Part shown: piece by piece, positions 1 through 12,394 of the stretch
Numbering within the stretch: the stretch's first letter is position 1
How the letters are laid out: every line of letters begins with the position of its first letter
Assembly (NCBI GenBank): GCA_002269645.1
Contig: NIVC01000131.1
Coordinates: 124,001 to 188,000 of the forward strand
Source of the DNA: Macrostomum lignano
Lineage: Eukaryota
Reading direction: 5' to 3'
Length of the DNA: 64,000 nucleotides
Position numbers and translations under genes: made by a program
The notes under the pieces: model-generated
Databases searched by the model: none
What the model was told of the DNA's origin: nothing
Seen by the model: only the letters and a program-made list of their open reading frames with translations

Positions 1-412
1 ATAGACAGAATTTGACGCATTTCAAGGTACTGTAAGAAAAAATAAAACAGCTCAGAGAGCTTTAAAATACAGAATAGACAGAATTTGACGCATTTCAAGG
101 TACTGTAAGAAAAATAAAACAGCTCAGAGAGCTTTAAGATACAGAATAGACAGAATTTGACGCATTTCAAGGTACTGTAAGAAAAAATAAAACAGCTCAG
201 AGAGCTTTAAAATACAGAATAGACAGAATTTGACGCATTTCAAGGTACTGTAAGAAAAATAAAACAGCTCAGAGAGCTTTAAGATACAGAATAGACAGAA
301 TTTGACGCATTTCAAGGTACTGTAAGAAAAAATAAAACAGCTCAGAGAGCTTTAAGATACAGAATAGACAGAATTTGACGCATTTCAAGGTACTGTAAGA
401 AAAAATAAAACA
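1..412. repeat. Tandem repeat, 72-73-bp unit, ~5.7 copies (truncated by window start)
   Basis: ATAGACAGAATTTGACGCATTTCAAGGTACTGTAAGAAAAAATAAAACAGCTCAGAGAGCTTTAAAATACAGA repeated; lies downstream of the transposase gene and may be internal or subterminal to the CACTA element. Confidence 0.95.
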
Positions 413-742
413 GTAAATTTTACTGAACAGTCAATAAATAGAATTAGCCGAATTCGGTACGCATTAAGGGCAAGGGCCGACTAATCCTTTACGAAACGAA
501 GTTAATGCTGCATTAGTCAATTATTTGCGCACAGAAACTTGGAGATTTTGAATATGGAGAGATCGGACAAAGAGAGGTAACGGTGGGAGTCTGAGAGGGA
601 GGAAGTTGGGCATCTGGAAAGTTATTCTGATTCCCTGATGGTTTTATCTTGGTCATGGAGCATAATTTTATTTTCTGCCAGACTTTGCAGCATTAATAAT
701 AAAATAATCGGATCTAAGGTACGGACACATACTCGTACCTTT

Positions 743-3043
743 TTAATCATGTTCAAACTCTTTGAACAATGGCACAGCGCAATAACAGTCTTTGCTGAAC
801 GATTCTACTGGAACAGCGATGCAGGGTCGATCGACCTCTGAAAAATTAACTATACGTTCGCGTCTGGCCGATCTGGGCGCATTAGACAGGGATATCAATA
901 CAAAATTGAATGTCGAAGACTTTTTGAACATGGATTCCAGCAATGCTTTCCAATTAAGTAAATCGATGGGGAAAGTTGCTGCTGGTACTCGTAAAACAAA
1001 ATCAAACAGCGAACCAATGGGATCCAAAATTTGCACTCGAATAGTATTAGGCTCGAGGAACTCTGCAATAGTGCAGATTTCGCCGGACTTCAATTGGCAA
1101 AGATGGTTAGAATTTTTCGACGCACAAGCTGAGCTTGTCGAGAAAAAATGTCCATTAAAATAAGCAAGTGAGTTTCGAAGAATACCATGTGGCCTGGATG
1201 GCTCTAAAGATATAGAGTTAACTGCATCCACTACAATAGAGTCCTTAACACAAGAAAAGTAGTGATGTAGCAACTTTTGAAACAAAAACTTGCGAACAAG
1301 CTGTGGGCCAAATGACACAGTTCCGCATAAGAACTTTTTGAACATGCCAATGGAGCTCTCAAATGCGAACATAGAATAATTAAATACAGGTCCGTACAAT
1401 TCGTACTGTTCAGCCATATGCAAAAGCAGGTGGAAATTAAGGCGGAGTACTTTCGGTCCGAATATTTGCTGAGCATTGGAGATAAAAGCTTTGCATAGCT
1501 TTTCGATATCAGTCTTATTTGATTGGGGGCTATACAACATGTGATAAATAAGAACTAAATTAGTTAACAGCAGTTTCAATGGAAAATGCGAAATTCTCTG
1601 CAAAAACGTAGGAAGAAGAAAGTATAGCGCAAAGTTTTTAAAATGCTTTGCTTTCCAATCTGAAAAGCCTTTAAAATTTGTGTTGATTGTGATGCTAGAA
1701 GGAGTTATAGATTGACGAATACAATTAGATATGAAATCCATGCAATTAGCTGAGCAAAAATACAACTCGCGCCTGTTTGCAGGTAATGACAGCTCTTCTA
1801 GTAGATACTTGGTGTGGCCTTCGAAAAAGCAGTGTAAACTGTCAATAGGATTGCAGCTGGGAAACGGAACATAGTCTAACAAGCAACTGCGCATCTTTAC
1901 GCCAAAAACAGGCCGATTTCGAATTTGTGCGAGCCGACAGTGTTCAAGATGGGAAGATGGGTTTCTCAAAGGAAACAAGTAGCCTTCACCATAGCGGAAG
2001 ATCCAGTTTTTACCTTTCTCGGATACTTTAAAGCTCTCACCTGGGTGCAAGCACCTAGGACAGCTAAACGCACCATTGTACTGGTGAATGCAGAAGAGCT
2101 TAGCAAGAGCGGGCAAGTCACAAACAAAGAGTGTGTAATGGACATGAACGGTGTATTCCGAGAATATAAACTGTTTTGGCAAATTGTTCATAATTTCAGA
2201 CAGAAAAGACTGGAAATGCGGGACTGCCTTCGATGAAACAAGAGCAATTAGAATTAAATTTGCAAAGCGTTGACGGATGTAAACAGGAAGGTTTAGAAGT
2301 TGAGCCTGAAATGGCCAAAAGCTACTCTGAACAGATTCAAAAAAATTGGCGCCATCAGCTGAGATTAGAAGATGCAAGTGAAGCGACTTGCCAGAAGATA
2401 GGCTTAAGCCTTGTTCTTTAACTATTTTGGAATTCAAAACGTCTGTGTTTTTATCCTTTTGCAATTCTTGCTCATACTGCAGAATAGTTGAAGTGTGGCT
2501 GCTTAAGATAGTCCGCAGCTGTGGAACAATATTGAGCTGTGTCACAGCAACCTTTGACTTTGGGGAATGAACCTGACACTGGCTTTTGCATTCTGGGCAA
2601 AAGCCAAATTCAGACACGTCACTATCATCAAGAGGGCAAGTATCTTGAATCAATGATTTGAGCAACTTGACGCTATTTGGAAGAGCTAGAGAATCTCTAC
2701 TAAAAATAGAAAGTAGCTTCAGGAGTCTATCAAGAGCAGCCTCTGAAACTCCGGAAGTAATTGCCCACTGAAAAATCAGAGCCGCCTGCACACTGGGATC
2801 TGAGATGGAAGCCAAATTCGCTAAGCTATCTGAACTCTCCTCAAGCACAGGCACAGCATTGTTTTCACCAATAAAAGTTTCCACAGCGTCAGGACAGCTG
2901 TGCGAGTGCGTTACACCGGCTTCGCTTGAAATTGAACTCCTATTACTTGTAGAAAAACTATTTGAGGGAGAAGAAATCGCCTGACAAGAGTAGGCTGAGT
3001 AATTAGTAGAAAGAGAGTGCTCAGATTCTGATTTACTAGACAT
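743..3043 (-). CDS. EnSpm/CACTA (CMC superfamily) DDE transposase, 766 aa, intronless and intact
   Basis: Motifs LISADGA (D1), FVCDLPA (D2), CPRC, IDSLH (D-x-x-H), WKAKHFKNF, NFHLLLH and GPVFNYSMFAFES (E) appear in the order typical of Transposase_21/tnp2-type CACTA enzymes; no stops. Confidence 0.88.
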   Translation of the reverse strand: MSSKSESEHSLSTNYSAYSCQAISSPSNSFSTSNRSSISSEAGVTHSHSCPDAVETFIGENNAVPVLEESSDSLANLASISDPSVQAALIFQWAITSGVSEAALDRLLKLLSIFSRDSLALPNSVKLLKSLIQDTCPLDDSDVSEFGFCPECKSQCQVHSPKSKVAVTQLNIVPQLRTILSSHTSTILQYEQELQKDKNTDVLNSKIVKEQGLSLSSGKSLHLHLLISADGANFFESVQSSFWPFQAQLLNLPVYIRQRFANLILIALVSSKAVPHFQSFLSEIMNNLPKQFIFSEYTVHVHYTLFVCDLPALAKLFCIHQYNGAFSCPRCLHPGESFKVSEKGKNWIFRYGEGYLFPLRNPSSHLEHCRLAQIRNRPVFGVKMRSCLLDYVPFPSCNPIDSLHCFFEGHTKYLLEELSLPANRRELYFCSANCMDFISNCIRQSITPSSITINTNFKGFSDWKAKHFKNFALYFLLPTFLQRISHFPLKLLLTNLVLIYHMLYSPQSNKTDIEKLCKAFISNAQQIFGPKVLRLNFHLLLHMAEQYELYGPVFNYSMFAFESSIGMFKKFLCGTVSFGPQLVRKFLFQKLLHHYFSCVKDSIVVDAVNSISLEPSRPHGILRNSLAYFNGHFFSTSSACASKNSNHLCQLKSGEICTIAEFLEPNTIRVQILDPIGSLFDFVLRVPAATFPIDLLNWKALLESMFKKSSTFNFVLISLSNAPRSARRERIVNFSEVDRPCIAVPVESFSKDCYCAVPLFKEFEHD

Positions 3044-3092
3044 AAAAATAGCAATTCAAATATTCAAAAGTTACTAGAATTTTTTCCGCAAT

Positions 3093-5054
3093 TCACGGTC
3101 CCATTCGCCTTGAGCGGGAAATGGAATCCCCTGACTCGGGTCCAGAAGCAGCAGTTGAAGTTCGCTTTCTCGCCCGTGTCTCCTCCCTGGCCAGCTGATT
3201 GAGATGGTCTCGTACAGACTTCCAGATTTCGTGGAAGTCGTAGCCAGATGTTCGATAGCACAATTGAAGCAAACCTGAAAATTCACGAGTATAGTAAAAT
3301 ATTTTTACAATAGACATTGTGTACTGTGTTTATAGTAGAAATAGGCTAAATTTAAAAGGAAGTTGATTTATGATGCTAATCATTAAATAGGTCAATGGGA
3401 TGTATTGAACTTTAGAACTATTTTTCCTCAATTTCTTTTATCTCAGACCTAAATGTGTTTTTTTAGAAAATATCCCAAGTATTGGATTCAGATCATTTAG
3501 CATTAATTAGCCTAAATTGCTTTATAATAAAAAAATTGCACAAAACTGTGAAAAAATTATATATATATATTTACGTTGAAACTCTGTCACATGCTCAGAT
3601 GGAGCAGGCCTTCGGGAACTGCGAGCACCACAGGATGAATCGATTATATGCTCAAGCAAGTAGCCTTCGCCAAATCGCAGCTTGATATACCTTCGGAGGA
3701 ACACCTTAGGATCGTTGCAAAGAATTGAAGACAGCTCAGCTAGGGAACCATCAATGCACCTAAATTCCTAAAAAATGTTATTATATAGTAGAACTTTTAT
3801 ACTACAGACGTGATGCTGCTGATGCTAAGAAAAAACTGACATACCTCATTTTGGTATTCTTTAATTGTTAGCATTCCACCAAAGTTGTCATCCTTTTTTA
3901 AAAGTCGGCATATCCTTGCAGCAAGACGCTTCTCAAGAGAAAGCAACTCGGATTGAATGAACAGTTTTAGATCTAGAGTAAGATATATGCTCATATATAA
4001 AAATATGGTGATTTTGATTTTTAATAATGTGATTGTATCATATTAAAAAAATAAAATTATACCTTTCATTGTTGCATCCGATTCACTGTTTACTATCTGT
4101 ACCCCTCGGAGGGGTTGCACTTCTTGAATTGCACCTAGTGATAAAAAAGGCTTATTGCTACAAAAATATTGACTCATTTGGTATTTGGTTTTCAATTAGG
4201 TGTAATAGAATATACAAACTTGATTCCAAGAGGCCTGTGGCACGAGCTTGCTCATTTTCAACCAAAGATGCCTCTCTCTCAAATGCAGAAATGGCTTTTT
4301 CTAAAAAATAATAATTAATCAAATAATACAACAAAAAAAACAAATTGCAAACAATTAATAGTTCATATATATTGCAGTTTTACCCATTGATTGAGTAGCT
4401 GGTATCGCCAAATTTGGTTCGCCACTTTCACTATCCACTTCATAAAGCTCGTCAAGTAGTCCATGCTGATGACAACTAGAACTTGAAGCAACCTGCTTTG
4501 AACTAGATGACCTTATTGTCCTTACATTTGCAATGCCAGCTTGGGGATCTTTCATTGCAAAAAGCTCAATAGCTTGGCTAATCAATGAATCAGTATTTTC
4601 AGCCTCACTAACCAAGTTGGAAAGTTGGTTCATAGTTGAAGCCATTTGCCTTTCACTACCTTTTGCCACAAGTGTAGCAGAAAATAGTTTGCCATACATG
4701 CGTAAAAAGACTTTAGTCCCCTAAAATATAATTTAATAAAGTAATATTACATTTGTAGTTGGAATAATTTGTTTTAGAAACCATGTACTCAATAACAAAA
4801 TATTATGCATATAAATCCAACTTAAAATCTTACTTGTGCAAGTTCCAACTTTTCATCATTAGTTATTGTACTTGGCCAATAGGGAGACCCAAATGCAATG
4901 GTCACATATTGCTCATCATGGCCAACATTGTGAAGAATAAAGCAGAAAAACAATGCTGAATTGTCATTTCCAAATTTAGAAGTACTTTTTGTCTGCTTTC
5001 GAAGAGGCCTAGAATTAGATGCACTTAATCCAATATCATCCATAACAATTTGTT
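3093..5054 (-). CDS. Spliced accessory gene of the CACTA element (>=7 exons, >=404 aa), probable C-terminal BEN domain; 5' exon(s) not located
   Basis: Exons 5054-4834, 4720-4384, 4300-4220, 4134-4063, 3972-3845, 3767-3575, 3274-3093. All have GT..AG introns, and phases 0,1,1,1,0,1 match. The C-terminus DPKVFLRRYIKLRFG..LLQLCYRTSGYDFHEIWKSVRDHLNQLAREE is BEN-like (by eye). Confidence 0.8.
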
Positions 5055-6180
5055 CTGAAAAAGTTTCACAAGGAGATAAGGTTTGAAGAATCAATCAAGA
5101 GGCCAATGACAAACCAATTAGAATTGTATATAAAAAAAATTTAATGTAGGGACCCTAGGCCCCTATGATTTTAAATAAAAATTATAATATAAGGCCTAGG
5201 CCCTATATATAGGCCTATAATTATAAAGTTGTGCCATTGTGGATTTTCTGATACAAAGTAGACAATATTAGGCCTAATTGGGCCTAGTCTAGTCTAGTTT
5301 TGATTATAGACTGTATATTAGATACAAAGGACATGAAAGGTCTCGAAATTAAGTACCAATTACCATAATATACTATTATTTTTTATTATTTTGAAACTGT
5401 CAGCCTACCATGTGATTTTTATCATTAGGCTATGGCCTAGGTCTAGGATGCCACTTTAGACTAGGCCTTTGGCTTTGGTTAGGCCAACCTATCATTATAA
5501 AAATGCAGCAAAATATCATTCAAAAATATACATCTAACCCCTATAGGTTATCTTTGCATCCCAAATATAATATATAATAGGGTTTCTATTTTCTAATATA
5601 TCTACAAATACAATTTTCACTGAAGGAGTGAAGATCAAAATTAGCATGTCAAAAAACCTTACAAGCCACCGAATTTTAAAACTAGCTACCAAAAGTGGAA
5701 CTGGAAGTATATAGCTAAGAAAAAACATAAACATAAACATAGCACATAGTGACACATAATGAAATGATGACAACATGCAAGAGTGACAGAGTCCTCTTAG
5801 AAAGGAAAAATAGGCCTAGTAATTTATGTTTATGGGAAGTTAAGTCCGTAATTAACTAAACCGAAACAAAATGGCCAACAAAATTGCTGGTAATATATTC
5901 AAAGCAATTTGTAGGTGAAGATTTTAACAAATTTATTAAACTATTTTTTGTATTTACAATTTCGCTTTTATTAAATATATTTAAAACTTTATTAGATATA
6001 CATAAAATAGCCTGAAATTTTTTATAAGCTTAGTTATTTATTTTCCCGTATGAACTCCCTGACATGGATGATTTTACCATGGAAAGTTTTAAAAATCCAT
6101 GCATGAAAATACCATGAACATGCATGATTTATCAATGGATCATGGATCATAGATGATTTATCCATGATAAGAGAGTAGGG

Positions 6181-6746
6181 CAGCTAGATGCAGATGTACA
6201 TGTATTTGTGCATGCTGCTTAAGGGAAGCTTAAGATGCCAACCAGCTAGATGCAGATGTACATGTATTTGTGCATGCTGCTTAAGGGAAGCTTAAGATGC
6301 CAACCAGCTAGATGCAGATGTACATGTATTTGTGCATGCTACTTAAGGGAAGCTTAAGATGCCCATACCAGCTAGATGCAGATGTACATGTATTTGTACA
6401 TGCTATTTAAGGGAAGCTTAAGATGCCCATACCAGCTAGATGCAGATGTACATGTATTTGTGCATGCTACTTAAGGGAAGCTTAAGATGCCCATACCAGC
6501 TAGATGCAGATGTACATGTATTTGTGCATGCTACTTAAGGGAAGCTTAAGATGCCCATACCAGCTAGATGCAGATGTACATGTATTTGTGCATGCTACTT
6601 AAGGGAAGCTTAAGATGCCCATACCAGCTAGATGCAGATGTACATGTATTTGTGCATGCTACTTAAGGGAAGCTTAAGATGCCCATTACCAGCTAGATGC
6701 AGATGTACATGTATTTGTGCATACACTTAAGGGAAGCTTAGGATGC
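6181..6746. repeat. Tandem repeat, 62-64-bp unit, ~9 copies
   Basis: CAGCTAGATGCAGATGTACATGTATTTGTGCATGCTACTTAAGGGAAGCTTAAGATGCCCATAC; internal palindromes CTTAAG..CTTAAG and TGTACA; starts immediately after the putative CACTA terminus. Confidence 0.95.
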
Positions 6747-7513
6747 CACAAACTCACACGCACACTCACACCTTGATAATAATTTAGGAGTACGTTCAAT
6801 GAAAACTTAAAAAGCTTCCGTTACAATGACTATTTTTATGTTATATATGAATGTAACAGTGTACGGTAAGTGTACTATATATGTACGTGTTTATACTTTG
6901 TAAATCATTTTAACACTTGTATATGCAAAATCAACAAGCATGCCCCTGACACAAATCAGATGTAAATCAGACGGTAAATTAACTAGTGAGGTAATTGAAT
7001 CGTTACTTTTGCTGAAAAAATGCATGGCAGAAGAGCTGTGTGCACCCTGGCGCACTTTAAGCGATAGAACGCCGACATTGTCACACAACCGACGAGAGTC
7101 CGAGGACCACTGTGTAGTATATAATATTAAGTGACCCCAGATCTAATGCAATCATAGATCCTACTAGCAATCTAGCGCCCCCCTTCGGGGTGGCCAATAA
7201 GCAAGGGACGAATCCTTTAAAATGAAAAAAAATTCTTAGGGAGGGGGGCTAGGAATCGAATTCTCATTTTAATTCCAGGCTTATGTACCAATAAAACATG
7301 TTTGTGCAGAATTTTATAACAGACATTGAAATTCAACCATACTTGCCTTCTTTCAGAGCTACTTCTACCAGTATGCTTCAGTACGCTACCAGTACCCGTG
7401 TAAGCCTTGACATGTCAGCAATCCCCCCCCACAAGCCTTAACATATCAACTCCCCCTTGACATCTCAGCGATGCTCCCATAAGCCTTGAAATCTTAAAAA
7501 ATCTGTCTACTTT

Positions 7514-7577
7514 CTAACCCTAACCCTAACCCTAACCCTAACCCTAACCCTAACCCTAACCCTAACCCTAACCCTAA
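7514..7577 (-). repeat. Interstitial telomeric repeat (TTAGGG)~10 inside Helitron 3' block
   Basis: Perfect (CTAACC)n run on the plus strand. Confidence 0.95.
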
Positions 7578-8424
7578 AGCATTGAAATTTCAGTAATTCT
7601 CTCTAAGAGTCTATAGCACTACTACAGCATTAAAGCGATTCCCTGCAAGCCTCGACATCGTAGGGATTCCCAAATGAATCTCTTAACTTCGACATGAAGC
7701 TTCTTTTTTTTTACATTACGCCTTTTCTATCAGCGATCCCTCCCGTGAGGAGCCAACAAATAATGTAATAACTTTTTTCCAATAAACTACATGTAGCTTC
7801 TGACATTAGCCTTGACATCTCATTTATTCCCCCGTGAGCCTTGACATCTCAGCTATAGATAGATAGATAGATAGATTCCCCTCGTAAGCCTTGACATGTC
7901 AGCGATGCCCCCATAAACCTTGAAATCTAAAAAATCCCCTGTTAACCTTGAAACGCGCTAAAATCTAACCCTCAACCCAAACCTGACGTAAACCTAACTT
8001 TTACCCAACCTAAAGCCTTGAAATCACAGCAATTCTTCTTCCCTAAGCCTTGGCATTTAAGTGATTCCTTCTTTAAGAATCACAGCACTATAACGATTCC
8101 CTCCAAGCTTTGACATCGTAGCAATTCCCAAATGAATCTTTTAACTTTGACATGACTTTTATTTTATGTATACATAGTGCTCCTTTTATTTTTACATGAC
8201 TCTTCTTCTATCAGCGCCCCCCCCCACCGTGGCAAGCCAACAAAGAATGCAATAAAAAACTTAAGTAAAGTACATGTACTTTGAAGTAGCTTCTGACTTT
8301 TGCTTTAACATCTCAGAAACCCCCCTGTAATCTCAGTTATTCTCTGTGAGCCTTGACGTCTCAGTGATTCTCCCCAGCACAGCACTATAGCTTCATTTAA
8401 TTTTTATGACACTTGTTTCATGTC

Positions 8425-9790
8425 TGACATGACGCTTCTTTTGATTTTTACGTTACGCTTCTTTTATTCTTCCATGATGCTTCTTAATTTTTTAAATGAC
8501 ACACTTTCATTAGTTTTTATATGAGGCTTCTATGATTTTTTCATGACGCTTCTATGTTAACATGACGCTTCTATGCTTGTTTACATGACGCTTTTATGAT
8601 TGTTTACATGACGCTTTTATGATTGTTTACATGACGCTTCTATGATTGTTTACATGACGCTTGTATGATTGTTTACATGACGCTTCTATGATTTTTTACA
8701 TGACGCTTCTATGATTTTTACATGACGCTACTATGATTTTTACATGACGCTTCTATGATTTTTTCATGACGCTTCTATGATTTTTACATGACGCTTTTAT
8801 GATTGTTTACATGACGCTTCTATGATTTTTACATGACGCTTCTATGATTTTTACATGACGCTTCTATGATTGTTTACATGACGCTTCTATGATTGTTTAC
8901 ATGACGCTTCTATGATTTTTAAGACGGTTTTATGATTTTAACATGACGCTTCTATGATTTTTTACATGACGCTTCTATGATTGTTTACATGACGCTTGTA
9001 TGATTGTTTACATGACGCTTCTATGATTTTAACATGACGCTTCTATGATTGTTTACATGACGCTTCTATGATTTTTACATGACGCTTCTATGATTTTTAC
9101 ATGACGCTTCTATGATTTTTTCATGACGCTTCTATGATTTTTACATGACGCTTCTATGATTTTTACATGACGCTTCTATGATTTTTTACATGACGCTTCT
9201 ATGATTGTTTACATGACGCTTCTATGATTGTTTACATGACGCTTCTATGATTGTTTACATGACGCTTTTATGATTTTTTACATGACGCTTCTATGATTGT
9301 TTACATGACGCTTCTATGATTGTTTACATGACGCTTGTATGATTGTTTACATGACGCTTCTATGATTGTTTACATGACGCTTGTATGATTGTTTACATGA
9401 CGCTTCTATGATTTTTTATGACGCTTTTATGATTTTAACATGACGCTTCTATGATTTTTTACATGACGCTTCTATGATTGTTTACATGACGCTTGTATGA
9501 TTGTTTACATGACGCTTGTATGATTTTAACATGACGCTTCTATGATTGTTTGCATGACGCTTCTATGATTTTTTATGACGCTTTTATGATTTTAACATGA
9601 CGCTTCTATGATTTTTTTACATGACGCTTCTATGATTGTTTACATGACGCTTGTATGATTGTTTACATGACGCTTTTATGATTTTAACATGACGCTTCTA
9701 TGATTGTTTACATTACGCTTCTATGATTTTTACATGACGCTTCTATGATTGTTTACATGACGCTTGTATGATTGTTTACATGACGCTTCC
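8425..9790. repeat. Helitron-internal satellite array 1, 22-24-bp monomer ACATGACGCTTCTATGATTGTTT
   Basis: Direct tandem repetition. Confidence 0.97.
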
Positions 9791-9845
9791 ATAATTTTTT
9801 TTGTCTTGGCGTTAAAAAGCTTTAATTAAAAAAACTCTACTCTCT

Positions 9846-9912
9846 AAAAATTCGAACCATCGTCCCTGCATCGTCCCTGCAGTTTAGTCTGTTTACCTCT
9901 AGGCTAGCTCTC
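9846..9912 (-). ncRNA. tRNA-like Pol III promoter (A box + B box), degenerate copy
   Basis: Minus strand GAGAGCTAGCCTAGAGGT...GGTTCGAATTTTT. Confidence 0.55.
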
Positions 9913-9949
9913 ATGAATTTTAGTCATTACCCCTAAATAGAAAATATTC

Positions 9950-10180
9950 CCAAGACAGCAAGCATCCCCCAGTAGCAAGCATCCCCTAATACTCCTAGCA
10001 AGCATCCACCCAGATAGCAAGCATCTGCAGATAGCAAGCATCTGCAGATAGCAAGCATCTTGCAGATAGCAAGCATCTTGCAGATAGCAAGCATACCCCA
10101 AATAATGTAGAAGCATCCTTCCAGATAGCAAGCATCCTGCACATAGCAAGAATCCCTAAATAGCAAGCATCCCTGGATAG
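9950..10180. repeat. Minisatellite, ~17-18-bp unit (AGATAGCAAGCATCTGC)
   Basis: Tandem degenerate copies; explains ORFs 9904-10213. Confidence 0.85.
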
Positions 10181-10209
10181 AAATAATCCTATACATGTAG
10201 CCAAGCTTA

Positions 10210-10805
10210 TCAAGCGCAGTAATCCTTGGCTATCGAGTGCAGTAATCCTTGGTTTATTAATAGCAATAATCCATGGCTTATCGAGTGCAGTAATAGAGAA
10301 AATTATGTTTAGGTTTATAGGTTTATAGAAAAAATTCTATAAAAGTGCAGTAATAGAGAAAATTATGTTTAGGTTTATAGGTTTATAGAAAATTAAATTA
10401 GGTTTATTGAGTGCAGTAATCCTTGGTTTATTAATAGCAATAGTCCTTGGTTTATTGAGTGCAGTAATCCTTGGTTTATTAATAGCAATAATCCTTGGCT
10501 TATCGAGTGCAGTAATCCTTGGTTTATTAATAGCAATAATCCTTGATTAATCAAGTGCAGTAATCCTTGGTTTGCCAAGAGCAATAGTCCTTGGTTTATT
10601 GAGTGCAGTAATCCTTGGTTTATTAATAGCAATAATCCTTGGCTTATCGAGTGCAGTAATCCTTGGTTTATTAATAGCAATAATCCTTGATTAATCAAGT
10701 GCAGTAATCCTTGGTTTGCCAAGAGCAATAGTCCTTGGTTTATCGAGTGCAGTAGTCCTTGGTTTATTAATAGCAATAATCCTTAGCTTATCGAGTGCAG
10801 TAATC
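10210..10805. repeat. Minisatellite, 48-bp unit (2x24) GAGTGCAGTAATCCTTGGTTTATTAATAGCAATAATCCTTGGCTTATC
   Basis: Tandem copies; explains the INQGLLL ORF at 10393-10776. Confidence 0.9.
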
Positions 10806-10877
10806 TAAGTGTTTTTATTTAGTCCTTTAATAAAAGCTTTTAATAAAAAATTTTACACTACTACTTTTAAACTACTT

Positions 10878-10937
10878 AGATTCGAACCCAGGTCGCTGCA
10901 TTAGCAGTCTGGTCTGCTCAGCTCTAGGCTAGCTCTC
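10878..10937 (-). ncRNA. tRNA-like Pol III promoter copy with CTGCTAA loop (Ser-GCT-like) and full B box
   Basis: Minus strand GAGAGCTAGCCTAGAGCTGAGCAGACCAGACTGCTAATGCAGCGACCTGGGTTCGAATC. Confidence 0.6.
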
Positions 10938-12394
10938 ATCGAAGTTATCAGTGAATTTGTACCACGTATATAATTCAACACTCACACCAAGTCAGGTAGA
11001 GTAAAAAGTCACGCGAAGCAGTTATGACATAATCAATTTCTTAGGCAAGTCAGTACCAGTGTCTATGAAAGCTAACAATATGGTTACGTAATATAAATTC
11101 AGTACTGCACTATACTTTCACACTCAAAGCTGTGACGCAATTCAATTGAGTGTCAAATTCAGCCAGTACACAGACGATTAATAAAGTGTATTGTGATGCA
11201 ATCTATTTCAGAATCAGAATTCAACCAGTCAGTTTTTTCTCTAGCATTTTTACAGTGCGTTTCAAGTCGAAATAGCTGCTTGACCTTTGCAAAAAAGCAT
11301 GTTTTTCGAATATTTAATCCCTTTAGCATCGAGCAATTTCTTAGCCACGATGCATGTACCGTCACGGAAAAATTTCTGATCGAATGGTGCAAGTTCGAAT
11401 AAAATCGGTTGAGCCGTTTTTGCTAAAATCGATCACACACATACCAACAGACCATTTTTAGTATATGGACTAGCAATCTACGCCCCCCGTTGGGGAGCCA
11501 AAGAAATGCAATACACGTTTCTTTAATAAGCTACATGTATCCTTGAAATCTTAAAAAATCTCCTGTCAAACCTTGTAAGCCTTGACATGTCAGTAATCCC
11601 CCCCACAAGCTTTAACATATCAACTCCCCCCTTGACATCTCAGCAATGCAATGGATTCCCAAATGAATCTCTTAACTTCGACATGAAGCTTCTTTTATTT
11701 TTTACATTACGCTTTTTTATCAGCGATCCCTCCCCTGAGGAGGCATCAAATAATGTAATAAAAAGTTTTCAATAAACTACATGTAGCTTCTGACTTTATC
11801 CTTGAAATCTCATTTATACCCCGTGAGCCTTGACATCTCTCAGCTATCCCCCCGTAAGCCTTGACATGTCAGCGATGCCCCCCATAAACCTTGAAATCTG
11901 AAAAATCCCCCGTTAACCTTGAAACCCGATAAAATATAACCCTCAACCCACACCTGACCTAAACCTAACTTTAACCCAACCTAAAGCCTTGAAATCTCAG
12001 CAATTCTTCTCCCCTAAGCCTTGACATTTTAGTGATTCCTTCTTTAAGAATCACAGCACTATAACGATTTCCACCTAGCTTTGACATCGTAGCAATTCCC
12101 AAATGAATCTTTTAACTTTGACATGACTTTTCTTTTATGTATGCATAGTGCTACTTTTATTTTTTACATAACTCTTCTTCTATCAGCGCCCCCCCGTGGC
12201 GAGCCAACAAAGAATGCAATAAAAAAATTGAGTAAAGTACATGTACTTTGAAGTAGCTTCTGACTTTTGCTTTGACATCTCAGAAACCCCCCCCCCGTAA
12301 TCTCAGTTATTTTCTGAGAGCCTTGACGTCTCAGTTTTTCTCCCCAGCACAGCATTATAGCTGCATTTAATTTTTCCATGACACCCTTCATGTC

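Larger units (their letters stand above)
1..6180 (-). mobile_element. Autonomous-type CACTA/CMC DNA transposon (other end not identified, probably outside the window)
   Basis: Terminus at 6180 reads CCCTACTCTCTTATCATGG on the minus strand (fits the CMCWR consensus). CATG-rich subterminal repeats at ~6060-6170. AT-rich body encodes transposase plus accessory gene on one strand. Confidence 0.65.

Noticed and set aside
6940-7134. RCKSDGKLTSEVIESLLLLK resembles the end of a hAT dimerisation domain
   Set aside because: Too short, no other hAT motifs or TIRs nearby; cannot be supported
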